Assembly: GCA_008632985.1 (NCBI GenBank)
Contig: QPGO01000212.1
Span: 62,001 to 117,876, forward strand
Reading direction: 5' to 3'
Length of the DNA: 55,876 nucleotides
From: Psammoneis japonica
Taxonomy: Eukaryota
Shown: positions 1 through 12,344 of the stretch, piece by piece
Layout: every line of letters begins with the position of its first letter
Numbering within the stretch: the stretch's first letter is position 1
Made by a program: the position numbers and the translations under genes
The notes under the pieces: generated by a model
Told to the model about the DNA's origin: nothing
The model's database searches: none
Seen by the model: the letters and a program-made list of their open reading frames with translations, nothing else

Positions 1-419
1 CGTTCGGCGGATCCTCTGTGACCTTACGCACATCAATCACTGTTCTAAGGTTTCAGCAACCATATGTCGTGTATTTCTGAAAAGGTATGAAGTTGCAATC
101 ATTTTGTTGTCCGTTGACTTCAATCTCATCGTTTTTTGCCTTTCTTTCTTTCTTTCTTTCTTTCATGAATACATCATAATAGCTCACCAGTAACGAATTT
201 TTACATCTCTTATTGACTTTCGTTGTTGATTGTTGGTTGTCATTGTTGTTCGATATTCTGACGTTTTCTGCCATCGTGGACGATGATGAGTCTGTTTTCA
301 TACTGGCGGCCGATTTGTTGGCTGTTTTTTTTTTTGGAGGGGCGTTCGGGCGTTTTTATACCCCAAAAATACACCCCTACGCCACGAATACGAGAGAGAT
401 GAGGACAAATGTGATTACA

Positions 420-960
420 TAGGAGATCAAATAAAACAATCTACGAAGTATTCTCAAGAGATCGAATAAAAATAATCTGTTATTACAAATAATAGAAACC
501 GTGTTACAGAAAATCAAGACATTAGACTTTCATTTTAACGAAATTACCGTAAAGTGATTGATTGATGACGTTGGTAACCAACTGCATCATTGCTTTGAAG
601 CCAACACAAGAGATAGAATAAATTCAATAGAAACCATGTTATAGACAATCAAGACATTATTTTCATGATGTTTGGGTGATCAACTGTACTTTCACATTGT
701 TTCACCTGATTGCCTCTCTTGCTTCACCATGAGCTGTTCTATCATTGCTTTGTAGCCAACTCAAAGCAAATATCAGAAAAAGAATTGCGACACTTCATCT
801 TATCCTTATCATTAGGCTTTGACACAATACCTTTTTTCAATCAAGACATTAGATTTTCCATAACGAAGGTAAACACCAGTTTCCCTCATCTGTAATCAAA
901 TCTAATTTGACATCGATTTGCCTTCATTGCCTTTCTTGCTGCACCATGAGCTGACTTTAT
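420..960. repeat. AT-rich imperfect direct repeats, probably TE-internal
   Basis: Recurring blocks: aatagaaacc(g/a)tgtta..gaaaatcaagacatta (~491, ~627), aatcaagacattaga (~839) and caccatgagctg (~726, ~942). Confidence 0.45.
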
Positions 961-1339
961 TTATCTGTTGCTGTGTTAGCATGCAAATTGCATATGAACA
1001 GCTTCCATGCTTCTCAAATGAATCCTGACTATTTGTGACAGAATTTATTCTTTTTTTTTTTACTCTTCGCATTTCTGTGGTACATTTCATCTCAGGATAT
1101 CGTGGTGGGAAAATGGTTTTGCTCTTCGTCTTTTATCATCGCATGTTTCTGTTGTACTCGCTCGTGTTTTTATTAGCTCATCGCAGGATATCGTGGTGGG
1201 AAAATGATGGTATTCAGAAAACTCTCATCGACACATATTATGACTCATAAGTTACATAGACACACATTATGATGCTCTGGTGACAGGAACATCTTTACGG
1301 GAAAAGATTTCAAAAAATAGAAACCATGGGTTTAGGTGA

Positions 1340-2750
1340 GTCTAACAGGCAGCCACCAGCACAGGGTCACCTGTCATTTTCCAAGAGTTCTGACATTCAA
1401 GTGCACAAACATGAAAGCATTCCAAAGCGAGTGGAAGAAAACTCCATGCCATGTTAAACTGATCATACAATGTTTCAACATGTTCTTGAAGAATTTTTTA
1501 AAGGTTTTCAATGTGCTCTTCTTGCAAGAATGCAGCCAGTGGGAGAAGAAATTTCTTGACTTGATGGGGCAATCGGAGGGGGGGGGGTGCAAAGATGAAG
1601 GTCACCATGATGGCACCATGCCCCGAGCACCGGCACTACAGAGTGTCTCCTTCGGTGCCAATGGCACTTCTGCCATGGTTGAAACTGCCGGCAGCTCCGT
1701 TGTGCCAATCAAGACCAGCACAGCACCTGTCTCACAAACGTGCAATTCTACGTGCACTGACGTTAGAAATTGCACACAGCCACCAGTGCAGGGGAACACC
1801 ACCCTGTCATTGTCCAAGAGCAACTGTTTTTTCCCTTCGTGTTTTCTCGCATGTTTCTGTGGTGCTGGCTTGTGTTTGTTGGCTCATCTCAGGACACTCG
1901 AGGTGAGAAAATTGAACGGTGATCTCAGAATGCTCGTGGCAAGAAAAATGATCGGTGAACCAAGCTGTCCAGTCATGAGAGGTGAGAAAGACTGGAACAC
2001 TGCAGTGCGACACATTGGCCGCAAACCGACAACGCACCCCATCTTTCGAGCCACACATGGCAGGGCACCTGCCACACGGCATCAACAAACGATCTGCCCG
2101 GCACTGCCGTTAGCGCCGCACCTGCAAGTGGCTCCACAAATGTCCCAGTGCCGTTCCCGTTACAGAAACACAACCATCTGATAATGAGATTGTAAACTGC
2201 TGGAGAAGAAAATGGATGTCATGTGGTCAATGCAGTCGCACGAGCAAGGGGTGGTTGGCACGCGCAATTTCGCAGGCAGTGCGCGCGAATTTTGAACTGA
2301 TTCTGGCGCCGTGTTCAGCATGATGATGGGTGTTTGTTGTCTTCCAGGCGTGGCATCAGCAATCTCTGTGGACTGTCGGTTGGTTGATGGTCTGGACAGG
2401 TGGGGGTCGATTGTGTCGGGTTCGATGTCGGGTTCGTTTGGTGTCTGCAAAGGGACAGACCTGCGCCATCTTCCCACTGGGGTCGCCAGTCACAACAAAA
2501 GATGGGCCTTTGGTTGCAACGTGCCAACGGTGATCGCGGAGGACAAACATCAGGACCAGGCATCATACGTGAGGAACTGGCATTGATTACACGTGGATCC
2601 TGGTTGAAGTTTGCGCGGGCTCAGAACCATTTTTTTGAAATTCCAGGCGGAAGTTCAGTTGCTTCCGACTTGTTCGATTCAATTTGACTTGAGGAACACG
2701 TCATCCGCCACCCACGAAAAATCGGCACGACCACTTTCAACTTGCGCTCC
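1340..2750. mobile_element. Degenerate TpA-poor TE-like fragment, family not recognised
   Basis: Few TA dinucleotides, Cys/His-rich overlapping ORFs in several frames, no recognisable domain. Same composition as the identified TEs downstream. Confidence 0.3.
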
Positions 2751-2982
2751 TCTGGGACACACGGCATTTTGTCGCCAATTGCGACATTCCCATAAATGAA
2801 TTGGACGATTTGTCGTGAAAAACGCCCTTTGAGACAAATTTCAACCGTTGGCGATAAATAAGACAAAATCATCATTTAATTGGCGATGGCGTGTCCTAAA
2901 CACACACGTTATATCAACTACAGTGCTATATGATGAATTTAACTTTCGGCGAAGACTGTACTTATTAATTAATGTTTTGGCG

Positions 2983-3192
2983 ATTTTGTCGTACGTACGA
3001 CAAATTTTGTCGGATACGACAAATTTTGTCGGATGTACGACAAATTTTGTCGGACGTACGACAAATTTTGTCGTATCCGACAAACCCCGACAAACCCCGA
3101 CAAGCCCCGACAAACCCCGACAAGCCCCGACAAACCCCGACAACGTACGACAAACGCCGACAAGAGCCGACAAGAGCCGACAAACGCCGACA
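2983..3192. repeat. Left subterminal array of near-palindromic cgacaaattttgtcg units followed by cgacaa(a/g)cccc units
   Basis: Directly visible. A mirror array of cgacaaattttgtcg lies at ~6888-6970. Confidence 0.9.
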
Positions 3193-3465
3193 GACGGACG
3201 TTTGCGACATACCGATAACGCAACGCTCCCCAACATTCAGAAGTGCCCAGTCGTACTGATAAAAGGTACAGTACAGCAATACATGCCGGTGCATTCCGTT
3301 GCACTATGTAGAAGTGTTGTTGTCCCGGTATTGACGAGAGTATGGAGACCGCCGAGAGCGGCATGATCGTCGCTTTGCATCATCGCGCAAAAGAGACATA
3401 CCGGTAGTGTCAACGGAGACGTTAGCGGTTAGCGTGTGCGGGGGGCGTGGGTGTTTCGTTCGTGA

Positions 3466-3572
3466 GTCGTCGTGTCGTGACGTGTCGTGTCGTGTCGTGT
3501 CGTGTCGTGTCTTGTCGTGTCGTGTCGTGTCGTGTCTTGTCGTGTCGTGTCGTGTCGTGTCGTGTCTTGTCG
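3466..3572. repeat. (GTGTC)n microsatellite with GTCTT variants
   Basis: About 20 tandem 5-mers sharing the CGACA/TGTCG core of the subterminal array. Confidence 0.9.
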
Positions 3573-3940
3573 TATGCCGACAAACAAGACTGACTAAATA
3601 GAAAGGTCACCATTTGCCAATTTTGGGCCAAAAATTGAGTTTTTTGCTTTTGGCATTAGTGAAAACTAGAGCAAAAATGCTTTCAAACGATGTGTCGGTC
3701 ATTTTGTGGGTCCGATTTCTTGAAAAATGGCACCAATCTTGGGGTTTCCATGGGATCGCATGCCGGACGCGCGCACTCTTCAAAATGCGCGTAAATTGCA
3801 TACCACGCACTTTGTCAGCCACGTAAGAAGCTACTGTTGTTGCCGCTGGTACACTTTTGGCAGCCATTTCTATTTTTTTCAGAAAATAGAATAGCACACC
3901 ATTTTCCCGCAGCAGCAACTGTCTTTCGTCCACAATCGCA

Positions 3941-6235
3941 ATGGACGACGACGATGCCGGCAACAACCGGTCTGACTCAGTTGGCAGCCTGCATGCAAAG
4001 CTCAGAGTTAAGCCTCACCCTTCACGTGAGGATGCTCTTGAGATGTGCAAGGAATTTCTTCAAAATGTATTTGACAGCCCGAAGTGTGTGGATGTTCGGG
4101 GGCGGCCAACGAGGTGCGAATGTTTGCATGCTTTTCGGACGCGGACAGAGTGGCTTCGCTGCATTGCAAAGTTCATGTTGGATGAGGTGGCATGCAAGAG
4201 CAGAGACGACAGGGAGAGCTACATCCTGCAACAATGTCGGTCACACCAGTCCGCGAAATTTCTTCCCGTTCCAGCTGCGGGCAAGCCACCGGGCTCCGAC
4301 GTGTTGACATGCAAAAATGCTTTCAAGCACATTATGAATGTACGTCAAAAAGCTGACAGAAGGGTGAAAGAGGCGATTCAATCAAACATGGTAACGTCGC
4401 ATGGCAACAAGGGTAAACCATCAAATGCAAGAATGAAGGTAGACGTGGAAACGTCGTTGCACATTTTTTTCAAAGACATGATGGAACTTGCTTCTCCTCG
4501 AGCCACAAGGTTTGTTCGACTAGAAGTCGGAACAGGGACCAGGGATGATGATGAGGAGCTACTGGAGCTCCCAACCCATTGGACGGCTCGCCGACTGTAC
4601 GGCAAATGGGTTGGCGAACGAGGATGGAAAGCTAAGCTCAAGAATGACAAAGGGGCGATTGAATTGATACAAGCAGCAGAAGACGTGGAGCCGCAAAAGA
4701 CAGTTGTTTTTGAAACTTTCCGTTCTTTCTGGAAGAGAAGCTACCCAAAGCTAGTTCTTCCTAAAGCTAGGGAGGACATTTGTTCTGACTGCTTTGTGCT
4801 GTCGCATGCTTTTCGTCACTTCTCGTCGCCTCGTCCTTTGAACAGCAGTGACACTCCAGTGAATGGATGTCTAAGGAGAGAGGAGGCAGCAGCAAAAGCT
4901 CAAATCCACATCCAACAGGCTGTTGCTCAGAGAGAACTGTTCAATTCTCTCACTGCCGAATGCCTTGAACAGGAACTTATTGACGTGCTTGTTGGCGACT
5001 ATTCCGAAAACATGGACCTTCCACACCTTGGCAATGAGCAATCAGGTGACACTTGCTGCTTTTCTCCATTGAATGTAAATTGTTTTGGACTTGTCAACAT
5101 GAAAGACAACTTGCTCCAAGCATACGTGTGCCACGAGGGCCAAGGTAAAAAAGGAGGCAACAACGTCGCATCACTCATTATGAAGTGTCTAAAGGACAAA
5201 GGGCATTTGGAGGTTAATGATGATGGAACAGCAAAGCAAATTCGAGTAAAGCTTGCTGTTGTTATGGACAACTGCTCGGGTCAGAACAAGAACAGGATGG
5301 TTCTTCGGCTGGCCCTCTACTTGGTTGAGCGGGGATTCTATCAAACCGTACAGTTTGTGTTTCTTGTAGTCGGGCACACAAAGAACCCTTGCGACCGGAT
5401 GTGTGACATCTTGAAAAAGCTATACAGAGACTCCAATGTCTATACCTTCAAGCAAATGATGGAATTGTTGAATGAAAACGAGAATACTACCGCCACCGCT
5501 GTGGACGAGGAAGACTTCCAAGACTGGGATAAGAAACTCGATTCATTGTATCGACGCTTCGCCCCCAGCACCGTCCACAAGAGCCACATCTTTTCTGTAA
5601 CAAAAGCCTCGCCAACTGACATGAAAATTCAGGTGTCTTGCCGGGAGGAGGATCAAGGTGAGACTGCCACAAGAGAATTCAAAAAGCCTGGGACCAACAG
5701 CAACAGAATGGAGCTCTTGCAGGCGGCACCCCAGGTCATTCCATTTCCTGGAATTCCCGACATTAAACAAATAGAGCTTGGGACAAAATGGAGGAAGCAT
5801 GTTCCAGTGGAGTATCAGGATGAGATTTGCCCCATACCACCACAAGCAATGATCGACAGACACAACAAGTCAAAAGCAGACAAGGCCAAAAGGAGCAAAA
5901 AGACTGTTTCCAATTCGAGATCAAGACAATCTCCCACTGCCGCTGCTGCTGCTGCATCCACTCAACCCCCAGCTGTTCCTGCCACTCAACCACATTTTAC
6001 AGCCCAGCAACCTGCAGCACCAGCTGCTGCTGCCGCCCCGCCGCCGCCGCATTTCGTCAACCCGAATTTCGTCAACCCGCATGGTCTACAACAACAAATG
6101 CTTCCGATTGCGGCATTGCATCCAACTGCAGCTGCTGAAGTACAACAGCACATGCAAACCCTTCACTCCACTCTTAACTATTCTACCATTGAGGAAATTT
6201 TGGCGCGTCCATATGGTCCCTACTGGCACGGTTGA
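3941..6235 (+). CDS. DDE transposase, Sola1-like (764 aa)
   Basis: Motifs DICSDC, DYSENMDLP, GKKGGNNVAS, MDNCSGQNKN and FLVVGHTKNPCDR are typical of Sola-type transposases. Low-complexity A/P/Q C-terminus. Confidence 0.8.
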   Translation: MDDDDAGNNRSDSVGSLHAKLRVKPHPSREDALEMCKEFLQNVFDSPKCVDVRGRPTRCECLHAFRTRTEWLRCIAKFMLDEVACKSRDDRESYILQQCRSHQSAKFLPVPAAGKPPGSDVLTCKNAFKHIMNVRQKADRRVKEAIQSNMVTSHGNKGKPSNARMKVDVETSLHIFFKDMMELASPRATRFVRLEVGTGTRDDDEELLELPTHWTARRLYGKWVGERGWKAKLKNDKGAIELIQAAEDVEPQKTVVFETFRSFWKRSYPKLVLPKAREDICSDCFVLSHAFRHFSSPRPLNSSDTPVNGCLRREEAAAKAQIHIQQAVAQRELFNSLTAECLEQELIDVLVGDYSENMDLPHLGNEQSGDTCCFSPLNVNCFGLVNMKDNLLQAYVCHEGQGKKGGNNVASLIMKCLKDKGHLEVNDDGTAKQIRVKLAVVMDNCSGQNKNRMVLRLALYLVERGFYQTVQFVFLVVGHTKNPCDRMCDILKKLYRDSNVYTFKQMMELLNENENTTATAVDEEDFQDWDKKLDSLYRRFAPSTVHKSHIFSVTKASPTDMKIQVSCREEDQGETATREFKKPGTNSNRMELLQAAPQVIPFPGIPDIKQIELGTKWRKHVPVEYQDEICPIPPQAMIDRHNKSKADKAKRSKKTVSNSRSRQSPTAAAAAASTQPPAVPATQPHFTAQQPAAPAAAAAPPPPHFVNPNFVNPHGLQQQMLPIAALHPTAAAEVQQHMQTLHSTLNYSTIEEILARPYGPYWHG

Positions 6236-6262
6236 TTGGTTGGAGCGATCACGTCGGCGGCA

Positions 6263-6780
6263 CTGTCCATCTGAACAGAGTGTATGACAACAAAAATTTT
6301 AGACGATACCAAAAAGAAACACAACCATCATACTCGATACATTCATATTACCTTATATCCATGATGTTAATCATGTGACATTGACCCAGTGATGGTCGCT
6401 TTATTAATGCGGAGCATGGCCGAGTCGCGTGGAAACCACACAAAATCATCCAAACAGAGTGCAGCAACAAGAATTTTAGACGACATCAAAAAACAAACAC
6501 AACCATCATACTCGTCACATTCATATTGAGTTATGTCCATGCTCTGTATCATGTGATATTGTTCCAGTGAGGGTCGATTCATGAATATAGCCGAGTCGCA
6601 GAGAAACCACAAACATGCTGTCCATCTAAACAGAGTGTTGCAACAAGAATTTTAGATGACACCAAAAAACAAACACCACCAGCATACTCGACAGATTCGT
6701 ATTACCTTATGTCAATGCTTTTAACCGTGTGATATTGTCCCAGTGACGGTCGCTTTTTATGAACACAGCGGCGTCTCCAT
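6263..6780. repeat. Three imperfect ~175-bp tandem repeats in the 3' region of the Sola element
   Basis: Unit aacagagtg...aattttagacga...aaacacaaccatcatactcg...ccagtga.ggtcg recurs at ~6273, ~6453 and ~6629. Confidence 0.8.
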
Positions 6781-7264
6781 GGTGCTGCTGCGGTTTGCGG
6801 TGCGCGTGATGGTTTTTTGCTTTTTTCTCAAAAGTAACCATCACGTCTGTCTGTTTTCCATGGTTTCCTTTTTATTTAGTCAGTCTTAAATTTTGTCGGT
6901 TATCCGACAAATTTGTCGGATGTCCGACAAATTTTGTCGTATACGACAAATTTTGTCGGATGAATTTTCGTCGATGACATCGATCGCCAAATTCTGTTAA
7001 TTACCCCACTTATTGAAACGACATCGCCAAAGTTCAGGTTGGTTATAAATGACATTAATCATTTCATAACTTAATTAAACAATGTTTCTGTCCCGTTTAT
7101 CGCCAACCCGGACATTTTGTCGCAATTCGCGTCTTTTCGCGACAAATCATCAATTCATTTAAGAAAATGTCGCCAAATGCGACAAAATGCCGTGTGTCCC
7201 TGCCCTGTTGCTCATTTTGGTATCGCAACCCGCAACGTTCTCTGTCGGTTAATACAGTATAGTC

Positions 7265-8384
7265 ATGATGATGAAATGCAACGCAGCCCTTGTGGTGCTC
7301 TTAGCTGCGAATCTGACTGCAGGCAGTTACGCCTTTCTTTCTTGGAGCCCGTCGTTTGCTCACAGACAACAGGTCTCTACCAACTTGGTCCCTCCTCAGG
7401 TGGAAGAAATTCAGGAGGAGCTTTGTCTCGACGCAGTTTCTCGGTTAAAGCAGGTTCCCGTCCCGGTATCGGAGAGCGTGAGTGCATCCGGTGAAGTTGG
7501 AATTTCATACGTTCACTGGCCGGCTGAGAAGAAAACCTCGTCCCATCCACTAGTTTTGATCCATGGATTTGACTCGTCCTGTCTAGAATACAGACGATTG
7601 GGACCACAATTGGCCGCCCGAGGGATTGATACTTATGCCGTGGATTTGTTGGGTTGGGGATATACACAGCTGGAGGACGTGGCAGATTTTTCTGCCAACG
7701 CCAAGGTGGACGCTCTCAAGGGATTTGTTCAGACAGTCGTGAAATCAGCAGACGTGTGCATTGCCGGTGCAAGTCTCGGCGGGGCTGCTGCTATTGAGTG
7801 GGCCTCAGCCCACCCCGAGATTTGCAAAGGGCTCGTTTTATTAGACGCTCAAGGCTTTGTCGACGGTGTTGGACCAATGGCAATGCTTCCAAAACCTTTG
7901 GCCCAGTTGGGAGTTCAAGTGCTAAAAAGCGTCCCTCTTCGCTCTTCTGCCAATCAAATGTCTTATTTCGACAAGGAAACTTATGCTACAGATGACGCTG
8001 TAAAAGTCGGACGCCTCCACTGTCTTCGTGATGGATGGAATGATGCTCTAGTCTCGTTTATGCTCAGTGGTGGCTTTGCTCCCTCAAAGAAGGTCCCGAC
8101 TATCGAGGCGCCTTCCCTCGTTCTCTGGGACGACAGGACGGCATTCTCGACGGCGAAGAATTTGCAACCAAGGTAATTTTTCACTGTTTTCGATATTTTC
8201 ATCAGAGCATAGTCCTTTGTCCTGAATCCTCAACATTCTCTTCCCTCCCACACCCCACTCTACATAGTTCATTGAGACACTCCCAAAAGCTGAGCTACAA
8301 TGGATTGAGGAATGCGGTCACGTCCCTCACCTTGAGCAACCGGAAGAAACAGCTGACGCGATTGCAAAGTTTTTGCGCCTCTAG
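7265..8384 (+). CDS. Alpha/beta-fold hydrolase, probably plastid-targeted; intron 8173-8267
   Basis: HGF oxyanion motif (LIHGFDSS) and nucleophile elbow GASLGG. After one missing G at ~8128 the frame reads WGRQDGIL. Exon 2 carries ECGHVPHLEQP and ends at TAG 8382-8384. N-terminal signal peptide followed by SYAF. Confidence 0.85.
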
Positions 8385-8569
8385 GGAATCACCACTGTGC
8401 GCAAAAGTGTCGATAAGCATGTCTATGTATTGAAAAATCTAATCTTCTAATTTCAAATTCGCATACTGTACACATAGGAAAAATGCGTCAGATATCTACC
8501 TATCTTGCAGAAGCTTTGAAGGGCATAAAGTCGGCTTCTCATGCTTGGATGCGCAAAACTGCGTACAGA

Positions 8570-11500
8570 TCATAGAGACAAAAGAAGTAATATGAGCGCT
8601 GTGGGGGCAGAAAAGAAGGAGACGCACGACGCTGCAGACGGCGACGGCGAAGAAGAAGTGTCAGCATCTGAGGGCGGTGAAGAAGGCTGTGATGACATTG
8701 GAGAAGATGATGTAGATGTTGATGGTACCAACGAGAGAGATGGAGCAATGGAAGTTGTCGGCACATTTGTAGGCTCCCAAGAGGCCAATTCATGCCTTGG
8801 GAATGGATTTGGTACGCACGTGGGTGGTATCGTGGGCGGAGGAGTTGCTGGTGTTGGTGGAATGGGCTTATCGGAGGCAAGAATACTGGCGGTGCTGTGA
8901 CCGGACTCGCAGTTGGGGTCTGACAGGCTTCTTCTTGCCAAAGACAGTCAGGTCCAGTTGTGTCATTGGCCGACGGAAACTCCTTGTTCAGGTCTGGAGT
9001 AATCTCAGGGAAAGATCTTGATTCGTCGACGAGCAGTATGTGCGTTTCAGTGTCTGCTGTTGCTGCACCAGTGTTTCCATCGCTTCGAAATCCGTTTGTC
9101 ATTAGAAGCAGGCCCAACGGCGCTTCATTGTCTGGGGCGAAAAGCCACTTCCAGAAACTTTCAAGCCCAGCGTTGCTCCAGGTGGGACGTCGTATGACGG
9201 AGCCGAAAACGATGGCTGATTTACTCTGATCAAACTGGAGTCAACAAAATCAGCACCGGAAAGCGACAGTGGAGCATCGATTGATACGATTGCGGTTATG
9301 AAGAACTCGTCGGGTGAGCCAACATCTGCGGAGCAGACCCTCAAAATGGTATTACGAGAATTTGAGGAGTCGTCGGGTGGAAAGCCCGTGCAAGTCCGTT
9401 CACCAGAGAAAAGGTCACCAACAATGACTTTTACATCGCTTCGGCCTTCAAAGTCATTGACAACGTAGTATTGTGCACCGCCGGAGGCAGTCGTACGAAT
9501 GCCAATCATAACACTTTTTGGATTCAACAACTCGTGTCTTTCCCACGTATTTACCAAGAACTCAAAAATAAATGGGCATCCCACATCACCCACTTCCAAA
9601 GCACGGAACCCCACCGCACGAATGTCGCCTTTCGCTTTCTCTCCACGATTTCTTTCGCTTTCATCGCGGCTAAGAGCTACGAGATCAAAAGCTTCCAATT
9701 GCGCAACGCCTGCTCCAAAGTTTTGGACTGCAACCTCTGTTGTAGAAGTTACTCCCGGCTCCCAAGGCAAATTTCCGGTGGAAATTGTGGTATTTGCTGC
9801 CTTTCGCAAAAGAACATGAAAAGGTAACGTTATTTCATGACCAGTGGATACGGATTGTACAATGATATGCCCGTCAAATTCATTTGCATCTAAGGCATCT
9901 GAATATCTCAGGGAAGGATCGCCACCGACCCCCATGTGATTCGTCGGGGCCTTGCTTGCGTCAATTTTGAAGTCAATTACTATGCGTGTCTCGTCGTTGC
10001 AGCCGCTAAGGGCGACGCGTCGTGGAAACATGGATACTGTAACTGCACCACTGGCGGCATCGTCCGGGTCTCGAAACACAGCGCTGACATCGAGAACGTT
10101 CAAACTATCCAAAAGACTCACAATTTTGATCGATCGAGTAATAGTGATGTCAGAAGCCGCATTCACTAGGCCCAAACTCAAGGAGGGCTGAACATCTCCT
10201 ACGTCTGGTGAATATGCCCAGAAGTTGGCATTGAGGCTTTCTCTTATTCTCAGTTCGCCCGTGCCCCCGAGAGTTACAGGCGCAGTTGTGTTGGTTGTTT
10301 TGCCGTAAGAAATAGACCGAAAAGCATTGTTCATCAAGATCGCTTTGAGTGCCAATGGACTGCATGATGGGCATCGCTCTTTGAGAACAGCAGCTGCTCC
10401 TGCAACCACAGGTGCCGAAAAACTTGTACCACGCATGGCTACCATCTCAATACCAGTGCTTGCCACGGCAACGCGTGATCCAGAAGGCGCAGAAATATCT
10501 GGTTTTATTGCATTGTTTTCACCAGGGCCACGAGAAGAATAAGCCTCTATGGTTTCTCGAAAGCCTGGATCGCCGCTGGGATGCCCGGTAGCCGCCACCG
10601 CCATTCCATTTGGAGAACTAGCTATAGGACCCATGACATATGGACGATTTCGCCAATTTCCTGCTGCAATGACAGTGAGAGTCCCCAGCTCAAATGCTCG
10701 CTCAATAGCGAGGGATTTCGAGTCATGAAATGAAGCTAAGTACCTGCTACCGAGTGACATGTTTATGATGTCCACCTTGTCCTCAATGTCGGCGTCTCCG
10801 TTTGGGTCCATTGCATATTCCAAACCTGTTGATGGAAAACACGAAATGAAAAGTGTTAGCAGTGTGATTTCTTAGTGATTGACAAAGTTGCAATTATCGA
10901 CATTCGGTACCTCGAGTAAGTGCAAACTCGGGACACAGCCGCCCTGAACAAACTCGAACGGCAACCAACGAGGCGTCAGGAGCGACGGCAAGAACCGCTG
11001 ACGCCACTGCCGTTCCATGACCTCGTGGCTCGTCAATGGGATCTATATCCGGGACAGCGATTGTTCCAGATAGAGTACCAATAAAGTCATATCCGTCTAC
11101 AACGCGTTCGGTTGGAAAGAATCTGTCTCTGTTAGCTGGTCGGGTATAGGCATATGCATATTCTACTGGACTTCCCGACCCACCCATCAATTGATGGGTA
11201 TAGTCAATTCCTGAATCTAGAACAGCAACCTTGACTCCCTTCCCGGTAGCGCAGAATTCTTCATGTGCCGCCTGCGCCCCTACTTGTTGTGCAACTTCTT
11301 CCAGACTGATTTCATACGTGTGATGCGCCATGGTTGATTTGACGCCATTCAGGGATCGAACCTCTTTGTCACTTCCAGGAGGTAAATCAATATAGACTGC
11401 GTTTACAAGCTTCTGTGCTCTAGCCACAACTCGAGCGGTAGGGATCGTTGCTTGAATTTCCGCGATTACTTGGTCTTGCTGTTGCCTTACTCGTTCGATA

Positions 11501-11798
11501 CACGTTGTTCCCTCTTCTTCGCACAAGAACGCTGGAGTTTCAGAGCATTCTACAGTGATAACTCGTGAGAAATCTTCATCCTCGTCTTCTATCCCTTGCT
11601 CTACCAGCTTTCGATTATTTCTCCGACTGTTGATATCCCCGTACATTTCATGCATGTCATCAGGATCTGCTTCTCTTTTAGCGCGCGACGATTGCGTCGC
11701 CGTCGTTGCATCAACAGTTCTTGCCGACTGTCATTAGACGATACTTGGATCAACAAAGTAGCCAACAAACAAAAGATTTCCAAACACCGAGCCATCAT
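8570..11798 (-). CDS. Secreted subtilisin-like S8 serine protease with P/T/S-rich stalk and hydrophobic (GPI-like) C-terminus; intron 10826-10910
   Basis: Catalytic triad motifs VAVLDSGID, GHGTAVAS and GTSFSAPVVAG, plus SSRGP and KPDISAP. Signal peptide MMARCLEIFCLLATLLIQVSS. Splicing gives LTRG/LEYA. Apparent 1-bp frameshifts near 11680, 9130 and 8890. Confidence 0.85.
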
Positions 11799-12212
11799 GG
11801 CGCTGTGAAGGGGGGCGCTTGCTTGACAGACAAGTCGACGGTGATAGTGTGAATGGGAAACGCGGATAATGAGCCGTCGAAAGGATGCAATTTGGATTTG
11901 GATGCTGAGGTGATCCGATTGTATGTACACGAATTTAATACTGAATTCTACGTACAGTACAATAGAGTCACCCCTTTTTACGTACCGCGGTTACCACCGC
12001 TTTGCTCATGCGTGCTTCGTATCGGGGATGGACGAGCGCGCTCCTGGAGTGAACGGCGGGTTCAAACCGCTGGTCGCGCGCTCTCTTCTAACGTGATGTA
12101 GGTGTCATGCAATGTATTGTGTACTTGGAGTGGAGATGGCTTTACTGGCGCTGTGAAGGTCTTCTCCCTGCCCAAAGCTGGACGGCAGGGCCAGAGGGCG
12201 GGAGAGGTGGGA

Positions 12213-12321
12213 GCGATTGAACTGCACCAACGACAGCGGCTTGTCTTTGTCAATCTTGAAAGAATGAGACAAGCTGGTGATCGAGGAAAGAAAACAAACA
12301 ACCCAACCTTTACAGCACGTT
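12213..12321. repeat. Terminal direct repeat, copy 2 (109 bp)
   Basis: Matches 17036-17144 except 5 nt, all at TA/TG, CA/TG or CG/TG positions. Confidence 0.95.
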
Positions 12322-12344
12322 GGGGTGATGACACCAGTGCAGAA

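Larger units (their letters stand above)
3586..6887 (+). mobile_element. Sola1-like DNA transposon
   Basis: 27-bp TIR: aagactgactaaatagaaaggtcacca (3586-3612) versus tggtttcctttttatttagtcagtctt (6861-6887), 3 mismatches. Flanks aaac|...|aaat fit a 4-bp AWWT-type TSD. The reconstructed empty site cgac-aaat-tttgtcg is one unit of the outer element's array. Encloses a transposase ORF. Confidence 0.8.
2754..7200. mobile_element. Non-autonomous TIR DNA element with GGGACACACGGC termini; hosts the Sola insertion
   Basis: Perfect 22-bp terminal inverted repeat gggacacacggcattttgtcgc (2754-2775) / gcgacaaaatgccgtgtgtccc (7179-7200), extending imperfectly for ~125 bp. Subterminal CGACAA arrays at both ends. 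No TSD found. Confidence 0.8.

Noticed and set aside
2841..3631. ORFs over the CGACAA arrays and microsatellite (e.g. 2848-3366)
   Set aside because: These are translations of tandem repeats, not credible proteins.
2745..7209. Mutator-type 9-bp TSD for the outer TIR element
   Set aside because: The flanks cgctcctct and tgccctgtt do not match, so the superfamily is left unassigned.
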